This document shows, one piece after another, positions 24,023 through 31,511 of a DNA stretch of 32,000 bases. The notes below the pieces were generated by a model. The model was given only the letters and a program-made list of their open reading frames with translations, had not been told where the DNA came from and ran no database searches. A program made the translations under genes and the position numbers. The first letter of the stretch is position 1, and each line of letters opens with the position of its first letter. Source of the DNA: Ferroglobus placidus DSM 10642 (GTDB taxonomy: Archaea > Halobacteriota > Archaeoglobi > Archaeoglobales > Archaeoglobaceae); NCBI RefSeq assembly GCF_000025505.1, contig NC_013849.1, forward strand, positions 1,980,001-2,012,000, given 5' to 3'.

Positions 24023-25634
24023 AAAGGAAATAACTGAAAAAGATCTAAAAAAAGTTGTTTTGGAGTCAGGAATTGAGGTTAAGCCGATTTACCGTCCCGA
24101 GGATATAAAGGATATCGATTACGAGAGGGATATTGGTGATCCGGGAGAATTCCCTTATACGAGGGGGATTCACAAATTCATGTACCGCTACCGTCCTTGG
24201 ACGATGAGGCAGTATGCAGGCTTTGGCTCTCCGGAAGACTCTAATCAGAGGTTCAAGTTCCTCCTTGCACACGGACAGGACGCTTTAAACGTGGCATTCG
24301 ACTTACCAACCCAGCTTGGACTCGATTCGGATCACCCTCTGGCGAAATGGGAGGTTGGAAGAGTAGGGATGGCTGTAGATACTTTGAAAGACATGGAGAT
24401 AGCTTTTGACGGGATACCATTAGATAAAGTTAGTGTTTCTCTAACAATAAACGCTACAGCTCCGATAATTCTCTCGATGTATTTCGTTGTGGCTGAAAAG
24501 CAGGGAGTTGATTTAAAGAAGATAAGAGCAACTCCTCAGAATGACATTTTAAAGGAGTTCATTTCAAGGGGAGCTTGGATATTCCCAGTGGAACCTTCGG
24601 TAAAGCTCGTTTGTGATATAATTGAATTCTGCGCAAAGAACGCTCCGAAAGTTTATCCTGTCAGCGTTTGCGGATACCACATAAGAGAAAACGGAGCAAC
24701 TCCCGCCCAAGAAGTCGGTTATGCATTCAGCATAGCGTTAACGTACATAGACAAGGTTTTAGAGAGAGGATTGAAGGTCGATGACTTCGTTCCTCGTTTC
24801 TCTTTCAATTTTAATGTCTGGGGAAACATGTTTGAGCAAATAGCAAAACTCAGAGCAGCGAGGAGACTTTGGGCAAAGATAATTAGAGATAGGTACGGAG
24901 CCAAGAATCCCGATTCCATGAAGCTGAAAATGATCGCTGGTGGAGGGGGGAGCGGTCTTACTTATGAGCAGCCACTAAACAATATAGTTAGAGCTGCTTA
25001 CTACGCTCTCGTGGCAGCTTTAAGTGGAACACAGACGATGGCTCTTTGCACATACGACGAAGCTTATACGATTCCTTCAGCTAAAGCCTCCCTCATAGCT
25101 TTGAGAACTATGCAAATTCTAATGGAGGAAACCGGAGTTTGCGATACCGTCGATCCTCTTGGGGGATCTTACTACATAGAGTGGCTGACGAACGAGATGG
25201 AAAAGAAGATAGTGGAAGCAATGGAGGAAGTTGAGAAGTGGGGTGGGATGATAAGAGCGATAGAAAAAGGATACATTCAAGCTAAATTGGCTAAACAGTC
25301 CTATGAATATTACAGAAAAATACAAACAGGGGAAATCGTGAAGGTTGGAGTAAATAAGTACAGAATGGAGGAAGAAGAAGAGAAGGTGACCGAAATCTAC
25401 GAGTTTGATGAAAATGCTTACCAGAGACAAGTAGAGAGGTTAAAAGAAGTGAAAAACAGCAGAAACAATTTAAAGGTTAAGGAGAGCTTAGAAGAGATCA
25501 GAAAGGCTATAAAAAGGGACGAGAACCTCATGCCTTACATAATGGAAGCGGTAAGGCACTACGCAACTGTTGGAGAGATTACGCAGGTTTTGAAGGACGA
25601 GTACGGAGTGTTCAAAGAACCGTCAATTTTCTAA
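24015..25634 (+). CDS. acyl-CoA mutase large (substrate-binding TIM barrel) subunit, methylmalonyl-CoA mutase family
   Basis: 539 aa. Motifs: FPYTRGIHKFMYRYRPWTMRQYAGFGSPEDSNQRFKFLL, AFDLPTQLGLDSD and PQNDILKEFISRGAWIFP. ATG 24015 follows GGAGGAG and overlaps the small subunit by 8 nt. Confidence 0.85.
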   Translation: MTKKEITEKDLKKVVLESGIEVKPIYRPEDIKDIDYERDIGDPGEFPYTRGIHKFMYRYRPWTMRQYAGFGSPEDSNQRFKFLLAHGQDALNVAFDLPTQLGLDSDHPLAKWEVGRVGMAVDTLKDMEIAFDGIPLDKVSVSLTINATAPIILSMYFVVAEKQGVDLKKIRATPQNDILKEFISRGAWIFPVEPSVKLVCDIIEFCAKNAPKVYPVSVCGYHIRENGATPAQEVGYAFSIALTYIDKVLERGLKVDDFVPRFSFNFNVWGNMFEQIAKLRAARRLWAKIIRDRYGAKNPDSMKLKMIAGGGGSGLTYEQPLNNIVRAAYYALVAALSGTQTMALCTYDEAYTIPSAKASLIALRTMQILMEETGVCDTVDPLGGSYYIEWLTNEMEKKIVEAMEEVEKWGGMIRAIEKGYIQAKLAKQSYEYYRKIQTGEIVKVGVNKYRMEEEEEKVTEIYEFDENAYQRQVERLKEVKNSRNNLKVKESLEEIRKAIKRDENLMPYIMEAVRHYATVGEITQVLKDEYGVFKEPSIF

Positions 25635-25657
25635 AGCATGAAAGCGGAGTGTTAAAA

Positions 25658-26662
25658 ATGATAAGCAGCGAAAGGAAAATAATAGAAATTTTGAAAATTC
25701 TTTCAGAGCAAAAAGAGCCGGTAGGAGCCAAGTTTATAGCTGATCAGCTGAAAAAAAGAGGAATCTACCTGACAGAGCCTACCGTTCGCTACTACTTGAG
25801 AATTCTCGACGAAAGAGGCTTGACTAAAAACTACGGATTGCGGGGAAGAGTAATTACGGAAAAGGGTTTGAAAGAAATAGAGAAAGGGGATATAGCCGAT
25901 AGAATAGGGTACAGCATAAGCAGAGTTCACGAATGCGTTTTTTACTCTGACTTCGATGTGGAAAGTGGAGAGGGTAAGGTAGTTGCAAACTTGGCAATCT
26001 TTCCGAGAGAGTACTTGGAAGAAGTTTTGGACATGTTTTACAGGTGCTGGAAAAAAGGTTTGACATTCAGCGATAAAGTAATAGTGGATGAGAACATTCC
26101 CTTTATCGAGGAAAACGAGGTGGGATTGTACTACATTTCAAGCTTTACACTCGATGCCATTCTTTACAGAAACGGAATAGTCTCTTCACCTAGGTTTGCG
26201 GGATCCATAGAGATCTCAAACTTCAACTTCGTGAGGTTTACACAGGTCATAGGACTCGAGGAATCATCAATCACCGCTTTAGACCTCTTCATTCAGAGGA
26301 TGTACTCTGATAAGGACGAGGAGTCTATTTCCAACCTCCTTGAGAAAGGAGAAGGGGAAGTTTACGGAATGTACAGAGAAATACCGTTCGTGGCAAGAGA
26401 AAAAACGATAGAGATTCTTGAAAAATTAAAAGAGTACGGAATCTCTCCTCTTTACGTAATCGGCGAGCTGGACAAAAGCGTTTGTGGCATTCCGCCGAAG
26501 GGTGTGAACAAAGTTGGATTGGTTTGCGTGGGACCTTCAACACCCGTAGGAATCCTCAGGGCTTTGAAAGTTCCGATTAGAGTGCACATATCAAGCGAGA
26601 TTATCGAGTTTTCCAAATTTAAGAGCCTTGAGAGTTATTTAGAGGTGAAGAGTTATGAGTAA
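25658..26662 (+). CDS. NrpR-family transcriptional regulator (N-terminal winged HTH plus one DUF128/NRD-type domain)
   Basis: ERKIIEILKILSEQKEPVGAKFIADQLKKRGIYLTEPTVRYYLRILDERGLTKNYGLRGRVITEKGLKEIEKG matches my memory of the NrpR N-terminus. About 334 aa fits the short single-NRD type. I start at ATG 25658, after GGAG. Confidence 0.65.
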   Translation: MISSERKIIEILKILSEQKEPVGAKFIADQLKKRGIYLTEPTVRYYLRILDERGLTKNYGLRGRVITEKGLKEIEKGDIADRIGYSISRVHECVFYSDFDVESGEGKVVANLAIFPREYLEEVLDMFYRCWKKGLTFSDKVIVDENIPFIEENEVGLYYISSFTLDAILYRNGIVSSPRFAGSIEISNFNFVRFTQVIGLEESSITALDLFIQRMYSDKDEESISNLLEKGEGEVYGMYREIPFVAREKTIEILEKLKEYGISPLYVIGELDKSVCGIPPKGVNKVGLVCVGPSTPVGILRALKVPIRVHISSEIIEFSKFKSLESYLEVKSYE

Positions 26663-27137
26663 AAAACTCGTTTTTGATTTTACGAAATGTACTGGATGCA
26701 GAGCTTGCGAATTGGCTTGCAGCTTCGCTAACGAGGGTGTTTTTTCCCCTTCCAAGGCAAGAGTTCGGGTTGTGAAGTTTGAGTGGGATGGTGTAGACAT
26801 ACCCATAGGATGCGAACACTGCGAAGAAGCACCTTGCATGATAATCTGCCCGGTTAAAGCGATTTACAGAGATGAAGAAACGAATGCAGTTTTGCTCGAC
26901 CCAGACATTTGCATAGGCTGCAAGCAGTGCATGGTGGTATGTCCTTTCGGTGCTATAGGCTTTGACGAGGATAGAAAAGTTCTTTTCAAATGCGATCTTT
27001 GCAGGGGAGATCCCGAATGCGTGAAGTGGTGCTTCACGGGAGCGATAAGTTACGTAACTCCAAATGAGGAGACATTAGAAAAGAGGATTAAGGTTGGAAA
27101 AAAGAAGGTTGCTGCTCAATCCGTCTGGGGTGTTTAA
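26655..27137 (+). CDS. four-cluster [4Fe-4S] ferredoxin-type electron-transfer subunit (AOR partner)
   Basis: 160 aa with four Cys motifs: CTGCRACELAC, CEHCEEAPCMIICP, CIGCKQCMVVCP and CDLCRGDPECVKWC. It overlaps the regulator gene by 8 nt. Confidence 0.85.
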   Translation: MSKKLVFDFTKCTGCRACELACSFANEGVFSPSKARVRVVKFEWDGVDIPIGCEHCEEAPCMIICPVKAIYRDEETNAVLLDPDICIGCKQCMVVCPFGAIGFDEDRKVLFKCDLCRGDPECVKWCFTGAISYVTPNEETLEKRIKVGKKKVAAQSVWGV

Positions 27138-27138
27138 G

Positions 27139-29124
27139 ATGGTTGGGAAACTGTATGCCTACGCTGGTAAGACGTTGAAAGTTGATCTGACGAGGGAGAA
27201 AGTCGTTGAAGAACCTTTGAATAAAGAGCTTGCGAGAAAATTCCTCGGAGGAAGGGGTTTGAACGCTAAGCTGCTTTTCGATCTTGTCCCTCCGGATGTC
27301 CATCCCCTAAGCCCTAAAAACGTTTTGCTTATAGCTACTGGACCAATAAACGGTCTTCTTGGGGTTACAACTGGAAGAATTGACGTCACATCCCTCTCAC
27401 CGCTAACCGGAATATTTGGAAATTCCAACGCTGGAACGGATTTTGCTGCAGAACTGAAATACGCTGGTTACGATAACATAATAATCTTTGGAAGGGCAAA
27501 AAAGCCAGTTTACCTTCTTATAGAAGACGGCAGTGTGGAAATCAGAGATGCTTCAGATTTGAAAGGAGCTGGAGTATTCGAAACAACACATGTTCTTAAA
27601 GAAAGGCACGGGGACGTAAAGGTTGCTGCAATCGGACCAGCTGCAGAAAACGGAGTTCTTTACGGTTCAATCATCTTCGACTACTGGGATGCTGCCGGAA
27701 GGAGCGGTATGGGCACGGTAATGGCTTCGAAAAATTTGAAAGCTATAGCAGTAAGAGGTAGCGGATCCCTTGAAGTTGCGGACCCAGAAAGGTACTACGA
27801 AGTTGTAAGAGAAGGGTGGCTTGCACTTATGAACGATCCCGGATTTAAAACTCAAGAGCATTCGGTTCTTGGAACTGCAGTTTGCGTTGGTTGGGGTAAC
27901 GCTCAAGGATGGCTTCCTACAAGGAACTTCAGAGAATCTTATTTCGAAGAGGCAGATAAGATAAGCGGAGAAGTTTTCAGAGACAAGTATTCGGTTAAGG
28001 ATTCTCCCATCCCGGCTGGGAGAGCCTGCATGTCTTGTCCTAACAGATGCAAGCGTTATGGAGTGATAAGAAGCGGTAAGTATGCCGGAACGAGGGGGAA
28101 CATTGAATTTGAAGCTATAGCTGCTTTTGGAAGTAAGTGCGGAGTGAGCGACTTCGATGCTGTTTTCCATGCGAACATGCTTGCTAACGATTACGGAATG
28201 GATGCGGTTTCTACAGGAAACATGATTGCCACATTCATGGAACTCAGAGAAGAGGGAATTATAGATGAGAAGTTTCTGGATGGACTTGACCTCAGGTTCG
28301 GGAATGCTGATGCTATGATCGAAGCCATACACAAAATTGCTAAGAGAGAAGGAAAAATTGGAGAGCTTGGTGCCCTCGGATCTTATTTGGCTACGAAAGC
28401 CATTGGAGACAAGGCGGTCTATTACACCTCCAACATCAAAGGAATGGATTCAATAGCATGCGATCCGAGAGCAGCTAAAGGCTTTGGTTTCGCTTTTGCT
28501 GTTGCAAGCAGAGGTTCGGATCATTTAAGAGCTCATCCGGTTTTTGAAATGCTGAAATTCCCGCCAGAAGTTGGGAAGGAGCTTTTTGGTAGTCCGGAAG
28601 CAGTTGATCTGAGAAAGTACGGAGGAAAACCGGAAATGGTTGCATGGCACGAGGAGTTGGCTGCTATAACAGACTCAATCGGCTCCTGCCGCTTCATGCA
28701 CGCAAGCTACTACATTCAATATCCAGTTCCAGAACTTCTGCACAAGTACCTAAAGCTTGGAGGAAAAGCTTACTCTTTAAAGTACCACGAATGGATATCA
28801 GCCGCTACCGGTTGGGAGATTAGCTATGAGGACCTGCTGAGAATTGGAAAAAGGATCATTACCGTTGAGAGAGCGTTCAATACGAGGAGGGGCATAAGAA
28901 GAAAAGACGATACCTTGCCGGAAAGATTCTTCAAAGAGAAAATTCCAAAAGGTCCGGCTAAAGGAGAAGTTTACTCAAAAGAGGTTTTCGAAAAAATGCT
29001 CGATCGCTATTACGAGATCCGGGGATGGGATAAAGAGACCGGATTAATTAAAAGAGAGACTCTCGAATCCCTTGAGCTTCACGATGTCCTAAGTGTTCTC
29101 GAAAAAGAGGGGTTGGTGGTATAA
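27139..29124 (+). CDS. aor: tungsten-containing aldehyde:ferredoxin oxidoreductase family protein
   Basis: 661 aa. Motifs: YAGKTLKVDLT, FLGGRGL, SPLTG, AAGRSGMG, the cluster motif CMSCPNRC, and the pterin-binding SRGSDHLRA. ATG 27139 lies 1 nt after the ferredoxin stop. Confidence 0.9.
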   Translation: MVGKLYAYAGKTLKVDLTREKVVEEPLNKELARKFLGGRGLNAKLLFDLVPPDVHPLSPKNVLLIATGPINGLLGVTTGRIDVTSLSPLTGIFGNSNAGTDFAAELKYAGYDNIIIFGRAKKPVYLLIEDGSVEIRDASDLKGAGVFETTHVLKERHGDVKVAAIGPAAENGVLYGSIIFDYWDAAGRSGMGTVMASKNLKAIAVRGSGSLEVADPERYYEVVREGWLALMNDPGFKTQEHSVLGTAVCVGWGNAQGWLPTRNFRESYFEEADKISGEVFRDKYSVKDSPIPAGRACMSCPNRCKRYGVIRSGKYAGTRGNIEFEAIAAFGSKCGVSDFDAVFHANMLANDYGMDAVSTGNMIATFMELREEGIIDEKFLDGLDLRFGNADAMIEAIHKIAKREGKIGELGALGSYLATKAIGDKAVYYTSNIKGMDSIACDPRAAKGFGFAFAVASRGSDHLRAHPVFEMLKFPPEVGKELFGSPEAVDLRKYGGKPEMVAWHEELAAITDSIGSCRFMHASYYIQYPVPELLHKYLKLGGKAYSLKYHEWISAATGWEISYEDLLRIGKRIITVERAFNTRRGIRRKDDTLPERFFKEKIPKGPAKGEVYSKEVFEKMLDRYYEIRGWDKETGLIKRETLESLELHDVLSVLEKEGLVV

Positions 29125-29325
29125 ATGCCCCTTTGTAAAGCTTGTAAGAAAAGAATAGACCTCTCTCAGCCAAACGTTTACGTTAACATTTGCAGGAAGT
29201 GTGGAAAAACGTTTTGCGATCTTCACTTTGACAAATCAAAGAAGCTTTGCGCATTCTGCTTAGGAGTCAAGCCAGAGGAGATGGAAGCAAGAAAGGGTGC
29301 GAGGATAACCTTCATAAGGAGGTGA
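29125..29325 (+). CDS. 66-aa Cys-rich zinc-ribbon mini-protein with an AN1-like motif
   Basis: CKACKK-x15-CRKCGKTFCDLH-x7-CAFC. The start abuts the AOR stop, and its stop overlaps the next start (TGATG). Confidence 0.55.
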   Translation: MPLCKACKKRIDLSQPNVYVNICRKCGKTFCDLHFDKSKKLCAFCLGVKPEEMEARKGARITFIRR

Positions 29326-29621
29326 TGATCAAGTTGATCGTTTTTGTGAAATATCTCGGATATTTTTCCCAAATCATCGGAAAAAGGGAAGAAAAAGTTT
29401 CGTTAGATAAAGGGGCGACGGTAGAAGTTTTGCTCCAAAATCTCGCTAAAAAATACGGTAGGAAGTTTGAAGAAGCTGTAGCTTCAAGAGCGTTTAGAAG
29501 TGCGGTAATTCTCGTCAATGGAGAGCAAGCGGATATGAAGAGAAAGCTAAATCATGGGGATAATGTTGTCATTTCTTTTCCGATGGGTGGGGGATCGCTT
29601 AGGGTCTGCCCCCGAAATTAA
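29325..29621 (+). CDS. MoaD/ThiS-family ubiquitin-like beta-grasp protein with a C-terminal tail after the GG motif
   Basis: 98 aa from ATG 29325, after AGGAGGTGA. MIKLIVFVKYLGYFSQIIGKREEKVSLDKGATV...HGDNVVISFPMGGG, then SLRVCPRN before the stop. Confidence 0.7.
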   Translation: MIKLIVFVKYLGYFSQIIGKREEKVSLDKGATVEVLLQNLAKKYGRKFEEAVASRAFRSAVILVNGEQADMKRKLNHGDNVVISFPMGGGSLRVCPRN

Positions 29622-29849
29622 ACGAATTCTAATGATTCCGTTCAAAGCTGGTTGTATGGTTTTAGGAGATTGTACAGTATGGAGGGAGTTATTTTGACAG
29701 CCTCTTTTTCAGTAAATGTGGTTTTTGGAATAAGTGGAAAATAAGCTGTTTGGGTTGCAATAGAAAAGAGAGGAAAAATCGCTTTCGGACTTAAAGGAGT
29801 GTTATCAGAGGTTTTCGAAAAACTTCTCGAAATGGCTTGAAAAAAGGTT

Positions 29850-30554
29850 ATGCTGGGTAAGATGAGCAAACAGACGGCTAAGGATTACGTCAGCGCAATT
29901 TCACGTTTTCTCGAAGACGAGATAAGAACGCCGAAGGATCTCGAAAACGCAATCCTGAAATCGCAAGGAGACAAGTTCGCAAAGGGAATAAGGAGATTCT
30001 TCAACTTCCTCGAAGATGAGGAGGTGGACGAACTCCTCGGCTTCCCCTTAGACAAGTGGAAGAAGAAAGCCCACATCAAGAAATACGACCCGAGGGAGGT
30101 TTTCATCAGCGACGAAGAACTCATCGAAGCCTATAACGAAGTTGCCGAGAAGTTCCCCGAACTCGAAACCATCCTTAAGCTGATGGTCTTCTCGGGAGTG
30201 AGGCTGAAATAGATTCTCGAAGCGCTCGAAACTTTCGACTCAGAGAACGTGGTAAAAGTGAACGGAAAGGTCGCAAGATACCCCATCGCTTCAGCGTCCA
30301 AAGGGAAGAAGAAAGCCTTTTGGATGCACTTCCCGGCAGAACTCGAAATTAAACCGATGAACGTAAGTTACCACGTTGCAAGGGAAAAGCTGAACCTCGG
30401 AAGAGTTTCGGCTAACTCGATCAGGAAGTGGAACTACAACTTTTTGATCTTGAATGAAGTTCCCGAAAGCGTTGCCGACTTCATTCAGGGAAGGGCGTCG
30501 GTAACCGTCGGAAGCTCCCACTACTTAGAAAAAACGAGACAAGCCATAGAATGA
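29850..30554 (+). pseudogene. tyrosine recombinase/integrase interrupted by one in-frame TAG (30210-30212)
   Basis: ORFs 29850-30212 and 30249-30554 are in the same frame, with open codons between them. Box I is SGVRLK*ILEAL. The later catalytic elements are SIRKWNYNF and GRASVTVGSSHY. Confidence 0.7.
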
Positions 30555-30556
30555 CA

Positions 30557-30928
30557 TCAGCCAACGACGGGAATGCTCACTTCGATCTCATCGTAGGGAA
30601 CGACAGGAACCTTTCTTCTCCTCTTACCTTTTTTCTCTTCCACGAATTTGACGAGTCCGAGCATTTCGAGAATTTCCAGATCCTTGATCACGTTCCTCCT
30701 GTTCCTCCCCAACAACTTAGCCAGTTCGTAAACGCTTTTCGGATTCTTCTCTTTTATCACGTGCAGAATCTTCAACCTTTCCGGAGTCAGAATTTTTCTG
30801 AGCGCTTCGTAACTCTCGAAAACGATTCTCTCGAACTCCACATCCTCTCCTTCATCGATTCTCCTCGCTACCTCCAAAAGTTCCTCCCTACTATCTCTCC
30901 TCCCGATCTCAATCCTCAACTTTACCAT
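30557..30928 (-). CDS. winged-HTH DNA-binding protein (antitoxin-like partner of the upstream small toxin-like gene)
   Basis: 123 aa from ATG 30928 (MVKLRIEIG...). The HTH region is LTPERLKILHVIKEKNPKSVYELAKLLGRNRRNVIKDLEILEMLGLV. The start overlaps the 3' end of the upstream pseudogene by about 20 nt. Confidence 0.6.
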   Translation of the reverse strand: MVKLRIEIGRRDSREELLEVARRIDEGEDVEFERIVFESYEALRKILTPERLKILHVIKEKNPKSVYELAKLLGRNRRNVIKDLEILEMLGLVKFVEEKKGKRRRKVPVVPYDEIEVSIPVVG

Positions 30929-31219
30929 ACAGCACCTCCTCCACGATTTTAACATCCTCGAAGAACCTCTCAATCAGCTTTTCGACGCTTTCAAACTCTA
31001 TTCCCTCCTCTTTATCGAAGAAGTGTCTGTGGTGTCCTTATCCCCTTTCGTTGTCGTAGCCGAGAACTCTCCTGTAGCTTTCGCCTTCAACGTGAACGTA
31101 AGCCATCGAGTACTTCACACCTCGGGAAAATCCTCGGACTTCGGAACCCTTCAAATATTGATCCGAATAATGTCCCCATGATCGTTGACCTCCTTGTAAT
31201 CCACGAGCAATTTTGCCAT
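30909..31219 (-). pseudogene. small toxin-like gene (YDNxxGKGxHxH-motif family, DUF6516/TumE-like from memory) with three lesions
   Basis: My reconstructed reading is MAKLLVDYKEVNDHGDIIRINI[TGA]RVPKSEDFP[frameshift]GVKYSMAYVHVEGESYRRVLGYDNERG[TAA]GHHRHFFDKEEGIEFESVEKLIERFFEDVKIVEEVLYGKVED. The lesions are TGA at 31151-31153, a frame change near 31121-31130, and TAA at 31038-31040. The 311-nt length is not a multiple of 3. Confidence 0.55.
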
Positions 31220-31221
31220 TC

Positions 31222-31248
31222 AATATGTGTTATGTAAGCACACATATT
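31222..31248. promoter_or_regulatory. perfect 9-bp inverted repeat AATATGTGT-N9-ACACATATT overlapping the TATA (TTTAAATAT, minus strand) of the toxin/wHTH pair
   Basis: The arms lie at 31222-31230 and 31240-31248. The repeat sits 3 nt upstream of the pseudogene ATG (31219), which fits an autoregulatory operator on a leaderless promoter. Confidence 0.5.
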
Positions 31249-31511
31249 TAAAGCTATCGAGTTTAGGCAGCTCCCCCTCGTTATCACCTTAGAACTCGTT
31301 AAGGTTTTGGTGCAAAACTCGTCGCCTAATGTAAGTAAGCTGTAGTATCGCTTTTTGGCTGTTAACTTGACGTCAACGCTTCAATCTTTCCAAGTATTTT
31401 TTAATGTCCAAAAAAATAAATTAAATTAAAAAATTTATCTCTACCCTTAGCGTTCGCATGCCTAACTTGAAATCCCAAACCCTTTTAACCTCTCAATTAA
31501 AATAAGAAAAC

